Shown here: piece after piece, positions 10,411 through 54,126 of the stretch
Numbering within the stretch: the first letter of the stretch is position 1
How the letters are laid out: each line of letters starts with the position of its first letter
Source: Macrostomum lignano
Taxonomy: Eukaryota
Assembly: GCA_002269645.1 (NCBI GenBank)
Contig: NIVC01004207.1
Span: forward strand, 1 to 55,165
Reading direction: 5' to 3'
Length of the DNA: 55,165 nucleotides
Notes under the pieces: model-generated
Seen by the model: the letters and a program-made list of their open reading frames with translations, nothing else
Databases searched by the model: none
Told to the model about the DNA's origin: nothing
Program-made: the position numbers and the translations under genes

Positions 10411-11545
10411 GGCAGCGGCAACTTTTGCGCTTTACTGCAGTTTCACGTTGATGCTGATCAACATGATGCTGAGCGTTAGAGAAGAATTTCAAGAATTCAG
10501 CAGCAAATACAACATACATCAGCAAGACAATTTAAAACGAGCTCCTCGAAGCCGCTAGTTGCGTGATTCAGGAAATTCTGGCTACCAAAGTCAATGCAGC
10601 AATTTTTTTTTCTGTCCTCATGGATGAGACATGTGACAACTCAAAAAAGGAGCAGATGTCAGTTGCTGCTCGGTATGTTGATGCTGACTGCACTCTCAGG
10701 GAAGATTTTCTCAGATTTGTTCATGTGACCAATCAGTCCAGCTCAGCACTCACTGCTGTATTGTTCAGTTTTCTCGAGAAGTTGGGCATCAACTACCACC
10801 TACTCGCAGGTCAAGGCTACGATGGGGCCGCTGCAATGCAGGGTGAGTTCAATGGAGCTTAGGCACATGTTCGGAAGAAGTGTCCAGCAGTGTACTACAT
10901 TCATTGCACAAGTCACTGCCTAAACCTTGCACTCGTTCATGCCTGCAAACTGCCCCCAATTCGTAACGCAATGGGAGTTTTAGGAGAAGTAACAAACTTC
11001 ATCAATTCATCGGCAAAGCGGCTCGAGGTCTTTCAAAGAGTTACCGCAAGTGGCTCATGCAGAAGCCGTCAGTGGAAACTGCTAACCCTCTGCAATACTC
11101 GCTGGGTCAAGAGGAATGACGCTGTGCTTGTGTTTTCGCAGCTTTTTTGTATCAATTGTGGAATTTCTTGATTTCTGCGAATCCGCCTCTGATTGCGATC
11201 TAAGAACTACTGCCAAGGCGTAAATGCTGAAGGCTGCCTGCACAATGCCAAACTTCATTGTGCCGCTGCATGTGATCATACATGCGCAACTTTGGGAATC
11301 ACCCGGCCATTTCTATTGGCAACATGGTAAGTTGCTATTGGCTGAGAGCAGTCACGTGACTACTATTCCATCCAATAGCAACTTACATGTGTGTGTTGCC
11401 AATACCAACAGCCGAGTGAATCCAAGGTTGCGCCCAAGCATGCATGTGATAGGCGAGGTGATGGCAGTAATCTGGCCTCTGTCCAGCTTCCTTCAGAAAG
11501 TTAGTATTGATCTGTTTACAGCAAGCAAGCACATCGAAAATTCGT
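10411..11545 (+). pseudogene. Decayed hAT transposase (ZMYM1/DUF4371-like)
   Basis: FSVLMDETCDNSKKEQMSV, QGYDGAAAMQG, YIHCTSHCLNL, LCNTRW and LSSFLQ..DL motifs; in-frame stops, frameshifts and a MITE insertion. Confidence 0.92.
11277..11442. mobile_element. hAT-type MITE copy C (166 bp, fold-back) nested in the transposase
   Basis: Left TIR CATACATGCGCAAC; degenerate right TIR; 8-bp TSD CATGTGAT at 11269-11276 and 11443-11450. Confidence 0.85.
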
Positions 11546-12296
11546 GCGTGTCACGCTGGAAAAGATGTTACCATGCAGTACACCTCGCCCATCACATGCA
11601 TGCTTGGGCGCAACCTTGGGATTCACTTGGCTGTTGGTATTGGCAATATACACATTCTACCATGCAATAGGATAGACTTGTCAGCCTGGCTCTGTACATT
11701 GCACACCCACGCTGAGGTTGCAGTGACTGCAGATCAGATTGATTGATTTTGCAAAAGTGGCTCACACTATAAAAACTTTGTTATTTGAATTTTTACCCTT
11801 TTTGCAAGCATCCGTCTTTTTGCTATTAACAACTAGCTATCACTACAAGCTGCCCATGAATTTTTTATAAAGCTAGCTAAGTTACTAAAGCTTGTATTGC
11901 AATTTGCAACTTTTAATAAAGCTAACTTTTTTATTTTATAGTCAATATGACAATATGTCTCTCTGGCTAACATTCTTGAGATATTACTTTACTTTATATT
12001 ACTTCACATTACTTGAGACTTAGCTATTTAATCATTTTTCCAATTTGCTATACACCTAGGCCTAGGGCTACTTTCATTGCAGCTAAATGACAAACTTAAA
12101 CTACCACACAACAAAAAAATTACATTTTGTATAAAGTCAATTAGCCATTTAATTTATATCATTTTGCATGTCAATAATTATCATAAAGGACATTGAAAAG
12201 GATAAAGCTAAGGACTAAGGTGCTAAGTGCATATGGCGCCCTTCTAGTAATAGTGTACCCCTTGTCTGCCTATCTACCCTTTCCCCAAAAAGGAAT

Positions 12297-12312
12297 CCTA
12301 GATCCACCACTG
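12297..12312. mobile_element. Probable right terminus of the hAT element
   Basis: Reverse complement reads CAGTGGTGGATCTAGG, a typical hAT-like end; a matching left end was not found. Confidence 0.45.
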
Positions 12313-12814
12313 ATCTGCTTATTATTTATAGGCCTAGTTATATATATTCAGACATAGTATAGCTACTTATATTTATAACTACTAATATAATACAACTTAG
12401 CTGACAAAGTTATATATAACTAAGTTTTTCAAACAAAAGTTAGTATATATATAATATATATATGTATACTAGGCCTATGGGTCCCTTGGGAAAAATATTT
12501 TTAGATTGTATGCTTGTATTTATAGTTCTAATGTAATGTATTTTTTAAGATATACAGATATTTATTATTTTATTTTCATTATTATATATATACTAATATC
12601 ATATTTAGTCTTAATATTTTGTGGCAGACAAAATGACTGCATCATATTTTTGCAGACAAAAAAATGGCAGACAAACTGGCAGCAGACGAAACAACTGTCA
12701 ACCTTTTAAAGATATACCATATAGTCCAGATGATCAGATATTTCCTTTTTATATATGCCTATGCCTATAAACATATGATTACTGAGGTACTGACATATAT
12801 TTAATATTTGGTTG

Positions 12815-13066
12815 CATACATGCGCAACCCCCCTGATTTACAATGGCCATGCAACTTACTTGTAAAAGAAACCCTAAAGCAAAATTAATGTAATTTTGGG
12901 TAAATGGCAGGAGTAACTATGACTGTCTTATCAGGCCTAAATGCCTCGGCATCTAATTAGTACTATGTCCATATTCTTTGGGGTGGCATTTTTGCAACTT
13001 ACCCTTGGTCCACCACAATTTACGGTAGCCAGATTGGCCAGGTTGGCTAGCAGTTGCGCATGTATG
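12815..13066. mobile_element. hAT-type MITE copy B (252 bp) carrying a 28S rRNA fragment
   Basis: Same perfect 14-bp TIR; 8-bp TSD TTTGGTTG at 12807-12814 and 13067-13074. Confidence 0.9.
12898..12961 (+). other. 64-nt 28S rRNA-derived segment, second copy
   Basis: GGGTAAATGGCAGGAGTAACTATGACT...AAATGCCTCGGCATCTAATTAGT; about 53/64 identical to the recalled LSU consensus. Confidence 0.85.
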
Positions 13067-14770
13067 TTTGGTTGGCAGACAAAACAACTGCATCATATAT
13101 TTGCAAACAAAAGAGTGGCAGACAAACTGGCAACAGATAAAATGACTGTCAACTGATGATGAAGTATCCAGAAATATAAGTGGATGACAAAGTGGTAAGA
13201 TGACAAGTCACAAAGTGTCTAGAAACTAAGTCAGGTAATCAAAATTAAAACTGTTCAGTAAAAAGCTGGCTTTTCTGGCCTGCTATGTAGTAGGCCTATG
13301 TTGTTACACTTTTGTGCCACAATAAATTTCTAACTTGACTTTATATCATTTATAACTCAATAAAATTTAAATTTCTATTATTGACAAAATTTAGGTTTAA
13401 ATTTGGCCTAGCACCGAAAAGCATGTAAACCAATCAAGGTAATACTAGCCTAAGATTGATTTACACAGACAAGCACAAAATGACGTTGGAGACACGAATC
13501 AATTGAAAATACTAGGGCGTGGGCATAGGCTAGCTTAGGCCTAATCGATCACAGCAAACCATCCAGTAGGCGTAGGCCCACAAAAAGATTAGGAACTAGG
13601 CCCCCTAGCAATCTAGCATTAAGCATTACTATCTATAGGAACAGAAAGTGGGCTTTTATCGACCTCATAGAACTTCTGTGCTGCGATAGAAACAAAAAAT
13701 AGGCCTAGTAGAATAAAGAAAACTTACTTACACCCGACCCGGTCGTCAGAAAATATTTAAATATGCGCCATATTTAAGTAACGTGACAAATTATGCTTTC
13801 AGAATGCACAGGTTAGCTCGCAATTACCCGTATTATTTCATAGATTAGCTTGGAAAGCCAGTCACTTAATATAATAGTACAATACTAGACTTTTTTTACG
13901 AAAGGGGTACCACCATTCTTGAGTTTATGTTCAGTAATGCTGATACTTCCAAAGTTCTAGCTCTTTCTCTGATGAAAAGGACTTATCTAGAACCCTGAGA
14001 AATTTCGTTATTTCTTTTACTCGGTAAAAGAAAAGTAGAAAAATATTATTAAGTTGTTAGCTTATTATGTATTAAACATACAGTTTTTAAATAAAAAAAG
14101 TTATTGTATTTAAAATTTTATTTCATTTTAAAATCTTTTACGTAGTTTGTTGCTTCATCTTAAAATACAACTTTTGACAGTTTCCTCAACGCGCGTGCTT
14201 GCTAGCTAATTATATTAATTGTTATTATTGTTGTTTTCCGTCCGTCGCATTAATTCTAACGTTGTGGGATGTGTCTTTATTTTGTTTTTCGAAATATTTG
14301 GTTAAGTTTAGAGTCAAGATATTTATGTTTTTAGCTAATCGAGAATCTAAAGATATTAATTACTAATTATAAGAATAACTATAAGATAAACGTTGCACTT
14401 ACTTGCAGAGTTTTTTCTTTAGATACTTTTTCAGAGTAATTGGAAAATATTTCTTTGTTTTTTGTTTTTTTATATCATATAGTGATCTACACTTGCAATA
14501 ATACAAGTTTATTGGTTATGCTAGATGTTATCCATTAAATGCAGACTTATTTTATTCTATAAAATATAATAGAGTTTGGCTCTAAAACCAAATTTTTCCC
14601 ATTATCCATATATGTAGCCATATCTCGAAAATTTTCCAGTAGCCTATCCATATTCATATCCATATTTGTAGCTAGTAAACTTTCCATAACTGTTGTACAA
14701 AGTCGAGACCTTGACCTTGATAGACACCTGAGAGATCATTGGATTTTGCACATGAAGCCATCTGTGTACT

Positions 14771-15247
14771 AGTCATTTCGGCAAAAAGTCATTTCAGCAA
14801 AAAGCTTACTAATACGTGTAAAATAGTGTAGTAAGCTTTAGTGTAGTGTAGTGTAGTGCAACAAGTGCTCAAACTTTAAGCAACATGAGTGACAATTGAT
14901 TGCTTTGGTGCGCAATCGGTTGGTATATATACACACTTCATTCTTAAAAAATTGCTAAATCATTTTATCACTTGAACTGTATTATTCAATCACTTGAACC
15001 ATACTTAAAATGTATGTCTAATTTTCAAGGTTCTCCATTTTTACCTACATTAAACCATTCATTTAGTGTTAGACTAAACATTTTTATAAACCAAAGTTAA
15101 GTTCTTTTGCTTGTAAATACATGTTTTTATATATTCAAAAAACCACAATGAACAATTGATAAATAAAGAGGTAATACATTATAACTATATAGTGCCTTCT
15201 AAACATGGTGAAAACTTTTTGCTAAAATGAATTTTGCCAAAATGACT
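14771..15247. mobile_element. Possible old MITE with imperfect 33-34 bp inverted repeats
   Basis: agtcatttcggcaaaaagtcatttcagcaaaaag against the reverse complement of 15215-15247; no TSD resolved. Confidence 0.4.
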
Positions 15248-16742
15248 TTTTACTAAAAGAATCATAACCTAGTTATACTGTATGGAGCATTTGGAGTGTG
15301 TATCAGTCTAGATAGCAAGACCAATGCCACACTCTTCATATGGGTGCCCCTGATTTGGCCTTCTGACCTGCTGTGCAAGCAATAACTTTGCCTGGCTAGC
15401 CATGTTATCTGGTTAGAAGCTGCTGCCCTATGCTGCTAGGGCTTACACAAAGTGCTATTGCTCTAGTTGCAAAGATAACAGAGTATACAGTTGAGGCCAA
15501 GGGCAAAAATCTTCTTTTCTAAGATACAAAATAAAATAAAAATGAAATAAAATTAATATAACCCTCTCTTTTCTGCCCCTTTTTCTCCTTTCTCCCTCCT
15601 TCTTCCTAGCAATCTAGCCTTCTTTGATACTTTCCTATTGGCTTTATTTATCTTATAACTTAAGCTGCCAGCATCCCAATCACAATATATATATATATAT
15701 ATATAGTGTCAAAAATGTGTTGTTTGAATCCTTGACCCCAGGGGTAGCTCCAATGGTCTTAAGTCTTATGTTTTTAAATTCTTAGTTGAGTGATATTTTT
15801 AGATATGAGAACTTGATATATAAAGTATGAGTTCCCATAACCATATCCATATCTGTATGCTTTGCAAAAAACCTTTACATCTGTAACTTCCTGCAGAACT
15901 CTAAAATATATACTGTGTAATATAGTTTCATTTATATTATTACATTAAGATATTAATTCTTTTAATTTCATACAGATTTTGTCAAATACTATCCAATACT
16001 AAAGAAGCTAATAAAAAAACTAAACAAAATTACTTGATTGACTTACAAAAGATTTTTTCTTTGAAGAATACCAAAAATAAATATTTTTAATTTAACAAAA
16101 AATTAAATTATACATAACCAGATATAGTAAGATACTAGAATTACTATTATAGTATTACAATTAGGTATCTTTCTTACTTTAGCCAGTAGTTTCCCTTGCC
16201 TTCACTCTGAGCTATTGGCTATGGCTAGGCATAATTCCCTTTTTGGCTTGCTTGTTCCTTGCTCTGTGCTTTATTCTTCTGCTCTTCTGTTTTGTACTCC
16301 ATTTTCAATCATTGGTGCTTTACTAGTGGCTAGCTTTTATATCTTTAATATCTTTTCCTATCTCTTCTATGTAATTTTTGCATATGGTGGCATCAAGTTT
16401 GTCCATTTTATTTTTGTTCTATTCTCTATACAGTTTTTAAAGCATTATATACTCATATAATAGTTGCTTTATCAATAATTTTAGGTCTTTCCATGCATGT
16501 GGTGCATGAAAAGGTCCAGTTTTATAACTTTTAAATAGTAGCCTAGCCTATTAATACTTCTTTTTCCAACTTTTATATCAATTTAAACTTTCACTATTTG
16601 CCTGTTGCTAAATTTAGCTTTAAGTATTAGTTCATTCTTAGTTAATTTCTCCAACTAGCAATTGGACACTAGTGGCCTACCATATATGCCCAACACCCAT
16701 CCAACCCATCCAAACCAGATGAGTGAAATGGCCACTGGCAAA

Positions 16743-17329
16743 CCCTATAGGAAAAAGTTGTAAAACCGCGGACGGTGTCCGGCGCACTTTTGAAATTTTT
16801 CTAAAGCGCAGCGCGCGCACAGGCGCAGCGCCTGCGCGCGCGCTGCCCTTTCTTACTAGCTGCTGCTCTAGCAAATACATATACATGGAAATGGGTATAA
16901 TACCTCTGTTGAAGGGGCTTATATACTCGTAATTTATTAAGCTTAGAGATGTTCCAAAAATTCAATTTCCAAAATTTGAAATTTTTTAGAGCGAATTTCA
17001 ATTTCGAAAAAAAATTTAGAAGTGAAAATTTTGGTAGTGTCTAAAAAGTCGCTAAAAATAAACTACTTTCTACTAAATATACATGTATTACTTTTTACTT
17101 AAGCAGTAAATTGAAAGTAAAAAAGTGAGTGTTGATCATACTAAACTTTGTTTTTCTGAATTATGATTTCGGGAAATTTCAATTTTGATTTTGGAAAGTT
17201 AGCGAATTTTTATTTCGACGAAACTGCAGATCTTTCGGAACATCTTTAATAATCCTAAAGCGCGGTAAAATAGTTTGACTCTTTTCTAAAGCGCGCGTCC
17301 GCGGGTTTTTAACATTTATTCCAATAGGG
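16743..17329. mobile_element. Non-autonomous TIR element (587 bp) with CCCTA ends
   Basis: Imperfect TIR of about 33 bp; 8-bp TSD CTGGCAAA at 16735-16742 and 17330-17337. Confidence 0.85.
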
Positions 17330-19029
17330 CTGGCAAAGGTATGTTGCAAAATTGAAAATGCAAAAAAATGAAAATGGGAGAAGAAAGAAAGGAGAGAAAG
17401 GGAAAAGAAAGGAGGGATAAGAGAGAGAGGGAAAGAAAAAAGAGAGAGAGAAAAAAGAGAAAAAAAAGAGTAAAAAGCAAGAACAGTCATATACAAAGGT
17501 AAAATTAAGTTGCAATCAAGAGGAACTAAGTTGCAATTGGGAGAAACTAAGTTGCAAATCTAGACAAAACTAAGTTGCACCAGACAGGTGAAATTCTATT
17601 TTATTCTAAATAGAAGTTCTATTTTATTATAGTTCAAGGTATAATAAATATCTTTATTATGTTTAGTCAATGCTTATAGTAGAAATTTTGCTTTAAGATC
17701 CTTTCTTTCTTTGTGGTAAACATTGATATTAGTTGCTAAAAATAGATACCACATATAATATAATATCTTGTATGCTTGGTACAATGGGGTCTCCTAAGCT
17801 ATAAGTAGAAGCCCCTCAACCTTGTTTTTGTCAAGGAGTTTTGGCCCTGATTTGTTTATTTGCTCTTAGTTCTAAATGCCCAAATTATATATTTAATATT
17901 GTCCTTAAACAGTTTTCATCCTAAACCAAGACCACTGAGTCTGCTCCAAGGCTAACACCATGCACCCTCCCAACTACCTACTGAGCCTAGCAGGATCTGC
18001 TAACTAGTCATTTAAAATCACTAATCTGTCTGATGGCTATGTTTGCTTGTCTTTTTTATTCTGGTAGGATCCTCACCTTAATAAAGACTGCGACTTGCAG
18101 GGACTTGTGGCAGCAACTACTTACACTACTAGAGAAGGCTTCTAATTGAAGAGGTAAAAGAACAAGAACTACAACATTGGTAAAAGTCTTGACCCAAAGA
18201 AAACCCAAAGTACTCCACAAAACTAAAGTAAAGCAAAGGTATTTAAAACTTAATAATAAGTTGCTTATTAATTTGGATTGTCTGATGTCTTATATATGCC
18301 GTATACATTCTTTTTTATGCTTAGGTAAGATATTTTAGTCACAATCTGTAAAACTGATTAACAACCATTTTTACTTATTATTAAGCATTGTAAATTCAGT
18401 TTCATTAGAAGTTGGGTTATGTAACTTACCTATAGTAATTCTCCTATATACTAAAAATGAAATGTCTGTAACTAGCTATGCGATAGATTTCAGAAAAAAT
18501 GGCTCAACCGATTTTCTTCAAACTTGCACCATTCGATCAGAAATTTTCCTGGGACGGTACATGCATCCTGGCTAAGAAATTGCTCAATTTTAAAGGGATT
18601 AAATATTCGAAAAACATGCTTTTTTGCAAAGGTCAAGCAGCACTTTCGACCTGGAATGCATTGTAAGAATGCTAGAGAAAAAACTGACTGGCTGAATTCC
18701 GATTGTGATAAAGATTGCATCACAACAATTTGAAAACAGTGTCGAAGAAATGTACACCCAACTTGATTAAAATTTTGTAACCATATTGCTAACTTCAATT
18801 AAGACTGATACTGGCTGACTGAGAAATTGATTATGTCATAAATTTTTACTCTAACCGACTTGCGACTTTCTAACCGAATTGAATTATAAGGGCCACAATT
18901 CATGTGCTCCAATTAAAAAAAGATAGCCTAGATGCGAACAGACTGGACTGCTAATGTAGCGATCTGGGTTCGAATCTTGGTAGCGCAAAATGATTTTTTA
19001 TTAAAACACCTTAAAAACAAAAAACTGCT

Positions 19030-22000
19030 AAACATAAAAGAAGCGCTATGTCAAACATACAAGAGCCACCATGTCAAACATAAAAGAGCCACCATTTCGA
19101 ACGTAGAGTTACCATTAAGAACATTAAAGAGCCACCATGTCGAAACATAAAAGAGCCACCATGTCAAACATAAAACAGACACCATTAAGAACATTAAAGA
19201 GCCACCATGTCGAACATTCAAAAGCCACCATGTCAAACATTAAAGAGCCACCATTTCAAACCTAAAAGAGCCACCATGTCGAACATTAAAGAGCCACCAT
19301 GTCGAACATTAAAAAGCCACCATGTCAAAAATTAAAGAGCCACCATTTCAAACCTAAAAGAGCCACCATGTCGAACATTAAAGAGCCACCATGTCAAACA
19401 TAAAACAGACACCATTAAGAACATTAAAGAGCCACCATGTCGAACATTAAAGAGCCACCATGTCAAACATAAAACAGCCAACATTTCGAAAATTAAAGAG
19501 CCACTATGTCAAACATTAAAGAGCCACCATGTCGAACATTAAAGAGCCACCATGTCAAACATAAAACAGACACCGTTAAAAACATTAAAGAGCCACCATG
19601 TCGAACATAAAACAGCCACCATGTCAAACATTAAAGAGCCACCATTTCGAACATTAAAGAGCCACCGTGTCAAACATAAAACAGACACTATTTCGAACAT
19701 TAAAGAGCCACCATGTCAAACATAAAACAGACACCGTTAAAAACATTAAAGAGCCACCATGTCAAACATAAAACAGCCACCATGTCAAACATTAAAGAGC
19801 CACCATTTCGAACATTAAAGAGCCACCGTGTCAAACATAAAACAGACACTATTTCGAACATTAAAGAGCCACCATGTCGAACATTAAAGAGCCACCATGT
19901 CGAACATTAAAGAGCCACCACGTCAAAGATAAAAGAGCCACCATGTCAAACATAAAAGAGCCACCATGTAAAATATTAAAGAGCCACCATGTCAAACATT
20001 AAAGAGCCACCAGGTCAAACATGAAAGTGCCACCATGTAAAACATTAAAGAGCCACCATGTCGAAAATTAAAGAGCCACCGTGTCAAACATAAAACAGCC
20101 ACTATTTCGAACATTAAAGAGCCACCATGTCGAACATAAAAAAGCCACCATGTCAAACATTAAAGAGCCACCATTTCAAACCTAAAAGAGCCACCATGTC
20201 GAACATTAAAAAGCCACCACGTCAAACATTAAAGAGCCACAATGTCAAACATTAAAGAGCCACCATTTCAAACCTAAAAGAGCCACCATGTCGAACATTA
20301 AAGAGCCACCATGTCGAACATTAAAGAGCCACCATGTCAAACATAAAACAGACACCATGTCAAACATTGAAGAGACCCCATGTCAAACATTAAAGAGCCA
20401 CCATGTCGAACATAAAGAGGCACCATGTAAAACATATACGTAACTCCATGTCAAACATTGAAGCGACACCATGTCGAACATAAAAGAGCCACCATGTCAA
20501 ACATTAAAGAGCCACCATGTCGAACATAAAAGAGCTTCCATGTCAAACATTAAAGAGCAACCATGTCAAACATAAAAGAGCCATCATGTCAAACATATAA
20601 GTGACTTTATGTAAAACATTAAAGAGCTACCATATCAGACATATACATGACTCCAAGTCAAACATATATGTGAATCCATGGTAGACATTAAAGAGCCACC
20701 ATGTCGAACATTAAAGAGCCAACATGTTAAAAATACAAGAGCCACCATGTCGAACATTAAACAGCTAACATGTTAAAAATACAAGAGCCAACATGTCAAA
20801 CATATACATGACTCCATGTCAAACATTGAAGAGACACCATGTCGAACATAAAAGAGCCACCATGGCAAACATATACATGACTCTATGTCGAACAATCAAG
20901 AGCCACCATGTCAAAAATATACATGACTCCATGTCAAACATTAAAGAGACAACATGTCAAACATTAAAGAGCCACCATGTTGAACATTTAAGAGCCACCA
21001 GGTCAAACGTGAAAGTGCCACCATGTAAAATATTAAAGAGCCACCATGTCAAATATTAAAGAGTCACCAGGTCAAACATATACATGACTCCATGTCAAAC
21101 ATTGAAGAGCCACCATGTCGAACATTAAAGAGCCACCATGTCTAACATAAAAGAGCCACCATGTCAAACATTAAAGGGCCACCATGTCAAACATAAAAAA
21201 GCCACCATGTCAAACATAAAAGAGCCACCATGTCAAACATATATGTGACTCCATGTCAAACTTATATGTAACTCCATGTCAAACAGTAAAGAGCCACCAG
21301 GTCAAACATATACATTACTCCATGTCAAACATTAAAGAGCCGCAATGTCAAACATTAAAGAGCCATCATGTCTAACATTAAAGAGCCACCATGTCTAACA
21401 TAAAAGAGCCACCATGTCGAACATAAAAGAACCACCATGTCGAACATAAAGGAACCACCATGTCGAACACAAAAGAGCCACCATGTCAAACATAAAACAG
21501 CCACTATGTCGAACATTAAAGAGCCACCATGTCCAACATTAAAGTGCTACCATGTCAAACATAAAACAGCCAACATTTCGAAAATTAAAGAGCCACCATG
21601 TCAAACATTAAAGAGCCACCATGTCGAACATTAGTGAGCCACCATGTCAAACATAAAACAGACACCATTAAGAACATTAAAGAGCCACCATGTCGAACAT
21701 TAAAGAGCCACCATGTAGAACATAAAACAACCACCATTTCGAAAATTAAAGAGCCACTATGTCAAACATTAAAGAGCCACCATGTCAAACATTAAAGAGC
21801 CACCATGTCAAACATAAAACAGACACCATTAAAAACATTAAAGAGCCACCATGTCAAACATAAAACAGACACCATTAAAAACATTAAAGAGCCACCATGT
21901 CGAACATTAAAGAGCCACCTTGTCAAAAATTAAAGAGCCACCATGTCGAACATTAAAGAGCCACCTTATCAAACATTAAAGAGCCACCATGTCGAACATA

Positions 22001-22915
22001 AAAGAGCCACCATGTAGAATATAAAATAGTCACCATTACAAACATGAAAGTGCCACCATGTAAAACATTAAAGAGCCACCATGTCAAACATTAAAGAGCC
22101 ACCAGGTCAAGCATATACATGACTCCATGTCAAACATTGAAGAGCCACCATGTCGAACATAAAAGGGCCACCATGTCAAATATTAAAGAGCCACCATGTC
22201 AAACATTAAAGAGCCACCAGGTCAAACATGAAAGTGCCACCATGTAAAACATTAAAGAGCCACCATGTCGAACATTTAAGAACCACCATGTCAAACATAA
22301 AATAGCCACCATGTGAAACATATGCGTGACTCCATGTAAAACATTAAAGAGCTACCATATCAGACATATACATGACTCCATGTCAAACATATACGTGACT
22401 CCATGTTAGACATTAAAGAGCCACCATATCGAACATTAAAGAGCTAACATGTTAAAAATACAAGAGCCACCATGTCAAACATATACATGACTCCATGTCA
22501 AACATTGAAGAGACACCATGTCTAACATTAAAGAGCCACCATGGCAAACATATACATGACTCCATGTCAAACATTAAAGAGACACCATGTCAAACATTAA
22601 AGAGACACCATGTCAAACATTAAAGAGCCATAATGTCAAACATTAAAGAGCCACCATGTCGAACATTAAAGAGCCACCATGTCAAACATAAAAGAGCCAC
22701 CATGTCAAACATAAAAGAGCCACTATGTCAAACAATAAAGAGACACCATGTCAGACATTAAGAAAACCCTGAATCAAACATAAGAGAGCCACCATGTAGA
22801 ACATAAAAGAGCCACCATGTCAAACATTAAAGAGCCACCAAGTCAAACATAAAATTTACACAATTTCAAACGTAAAAGTAAGCGTCATGCCAATTTTAAA
22901 GGAGCCACTATAGAG
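19030..22915. repeat. 23-bp satellite of about 3.9 kb (aaagagccaccatgtcaaacatt)
   Basis: Over 150 variant units with higher-order blocks. Confidence 0.97.
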
Positions 22916-23591
22916 CTAAGGAAATTGTAGCACTAGCTACTTATTTTATGGTGGATGCTTACTATTTCGGGATGCTTGCTATCTGGGGGATGCTTGCAAT
23001 CTGGGGGATGCTTGCTGTCTTGGGATGATTTCTTTTTGTATTACACTTTATTTGAGCAGTTTGTCTGTCGTCTTTGTGAAGGATTTATTTGGCTGTCTTT
23101 TTGTTACTTGTAGAGAACAGAGATTCTATCCAGATGTCCCCCAACGGGGGGCGAAAATTGCTAGTGATTACTATATACAATAACTGTAAGAGTAAATAAT
23201 ATATGTATTTTATTTAATGCTTCTTTAAATGAAAGAGATGATGAACATGAATGAAATTGATTTGCAATAAAATTCCCAACTAATATCGTTATCATTACTC
23301 ATCAATATGTACTCCAAGTTTCAAACCGCGAAGGTTTCTCTGGTAAATTATTCTAATCTGGCCATATATACATTCAATACTAAACTTTGCTCAAAACTCG
23401 TTTGTTTAATAAAATCCACCCTGGTGATCTTCTTTTGTTAGACAAAATGCATTCAGCAATTTAGACAAAGAATAGAAATCTCATTCATATTGCAACAGTT
23501 TATGCTAAAACTTTCTGCTAAAATTGCCTCGCGGCTAAGACAGCCAGGCTCAATTATCAGCATTGTTGTCCGCCTACTTTGCGCCCTGACA

Positions 23592-53938
<30,347 letters not shown>

Positions 53939-54120
53939 CCCCGCGTGTGACCCCCGTGTGACCCCCGTTTGACTCCGGCCATAAATAATTCCCCATCTAT
54001 TTTAGGATAATTCCCTATCTTGTTCAAAATAATTCCCTATATAGCTCTAAATAATTCCCATCGAGTTGAAGCTAATTACCAAATATCTATATAGTTGACA
54101 AGATACCCTGCTCTAGCTGA

Positions 54121-54126
54121 AATAAA
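54121..54126 (+). promoter_or_regulatory. Candidate polyadenylation signal for the cadherin gene (another at 54716-54721)
   Basis: AATAAA downstream of the stop codon; motif match only. Confidence 0.3.

Noticed and set aside
12622-13153. Direct repeats of about 90 bp at 12622-12710 and 13070-13153 as possible LTRs
   Set aside because: Diverged, no TG..CA ends, no primer-binding site or TSD; more likely an old local duplication.
18490-18800. Possible Helentron or MITE remnant
   Set aside because: Only vague inverted similarity; boundaries could not be defined.
18940-18977. tRNA or SINE B-box (GGTTCGAATC; similar motifs at about 43650 and 43785)
   Set aside because: No cloverleaf or convincing A-box.
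19030-22915. CRISPR array
   Set aside because: Eukaryotic context, contiguous variant units, no unique spacers and no cas genes.
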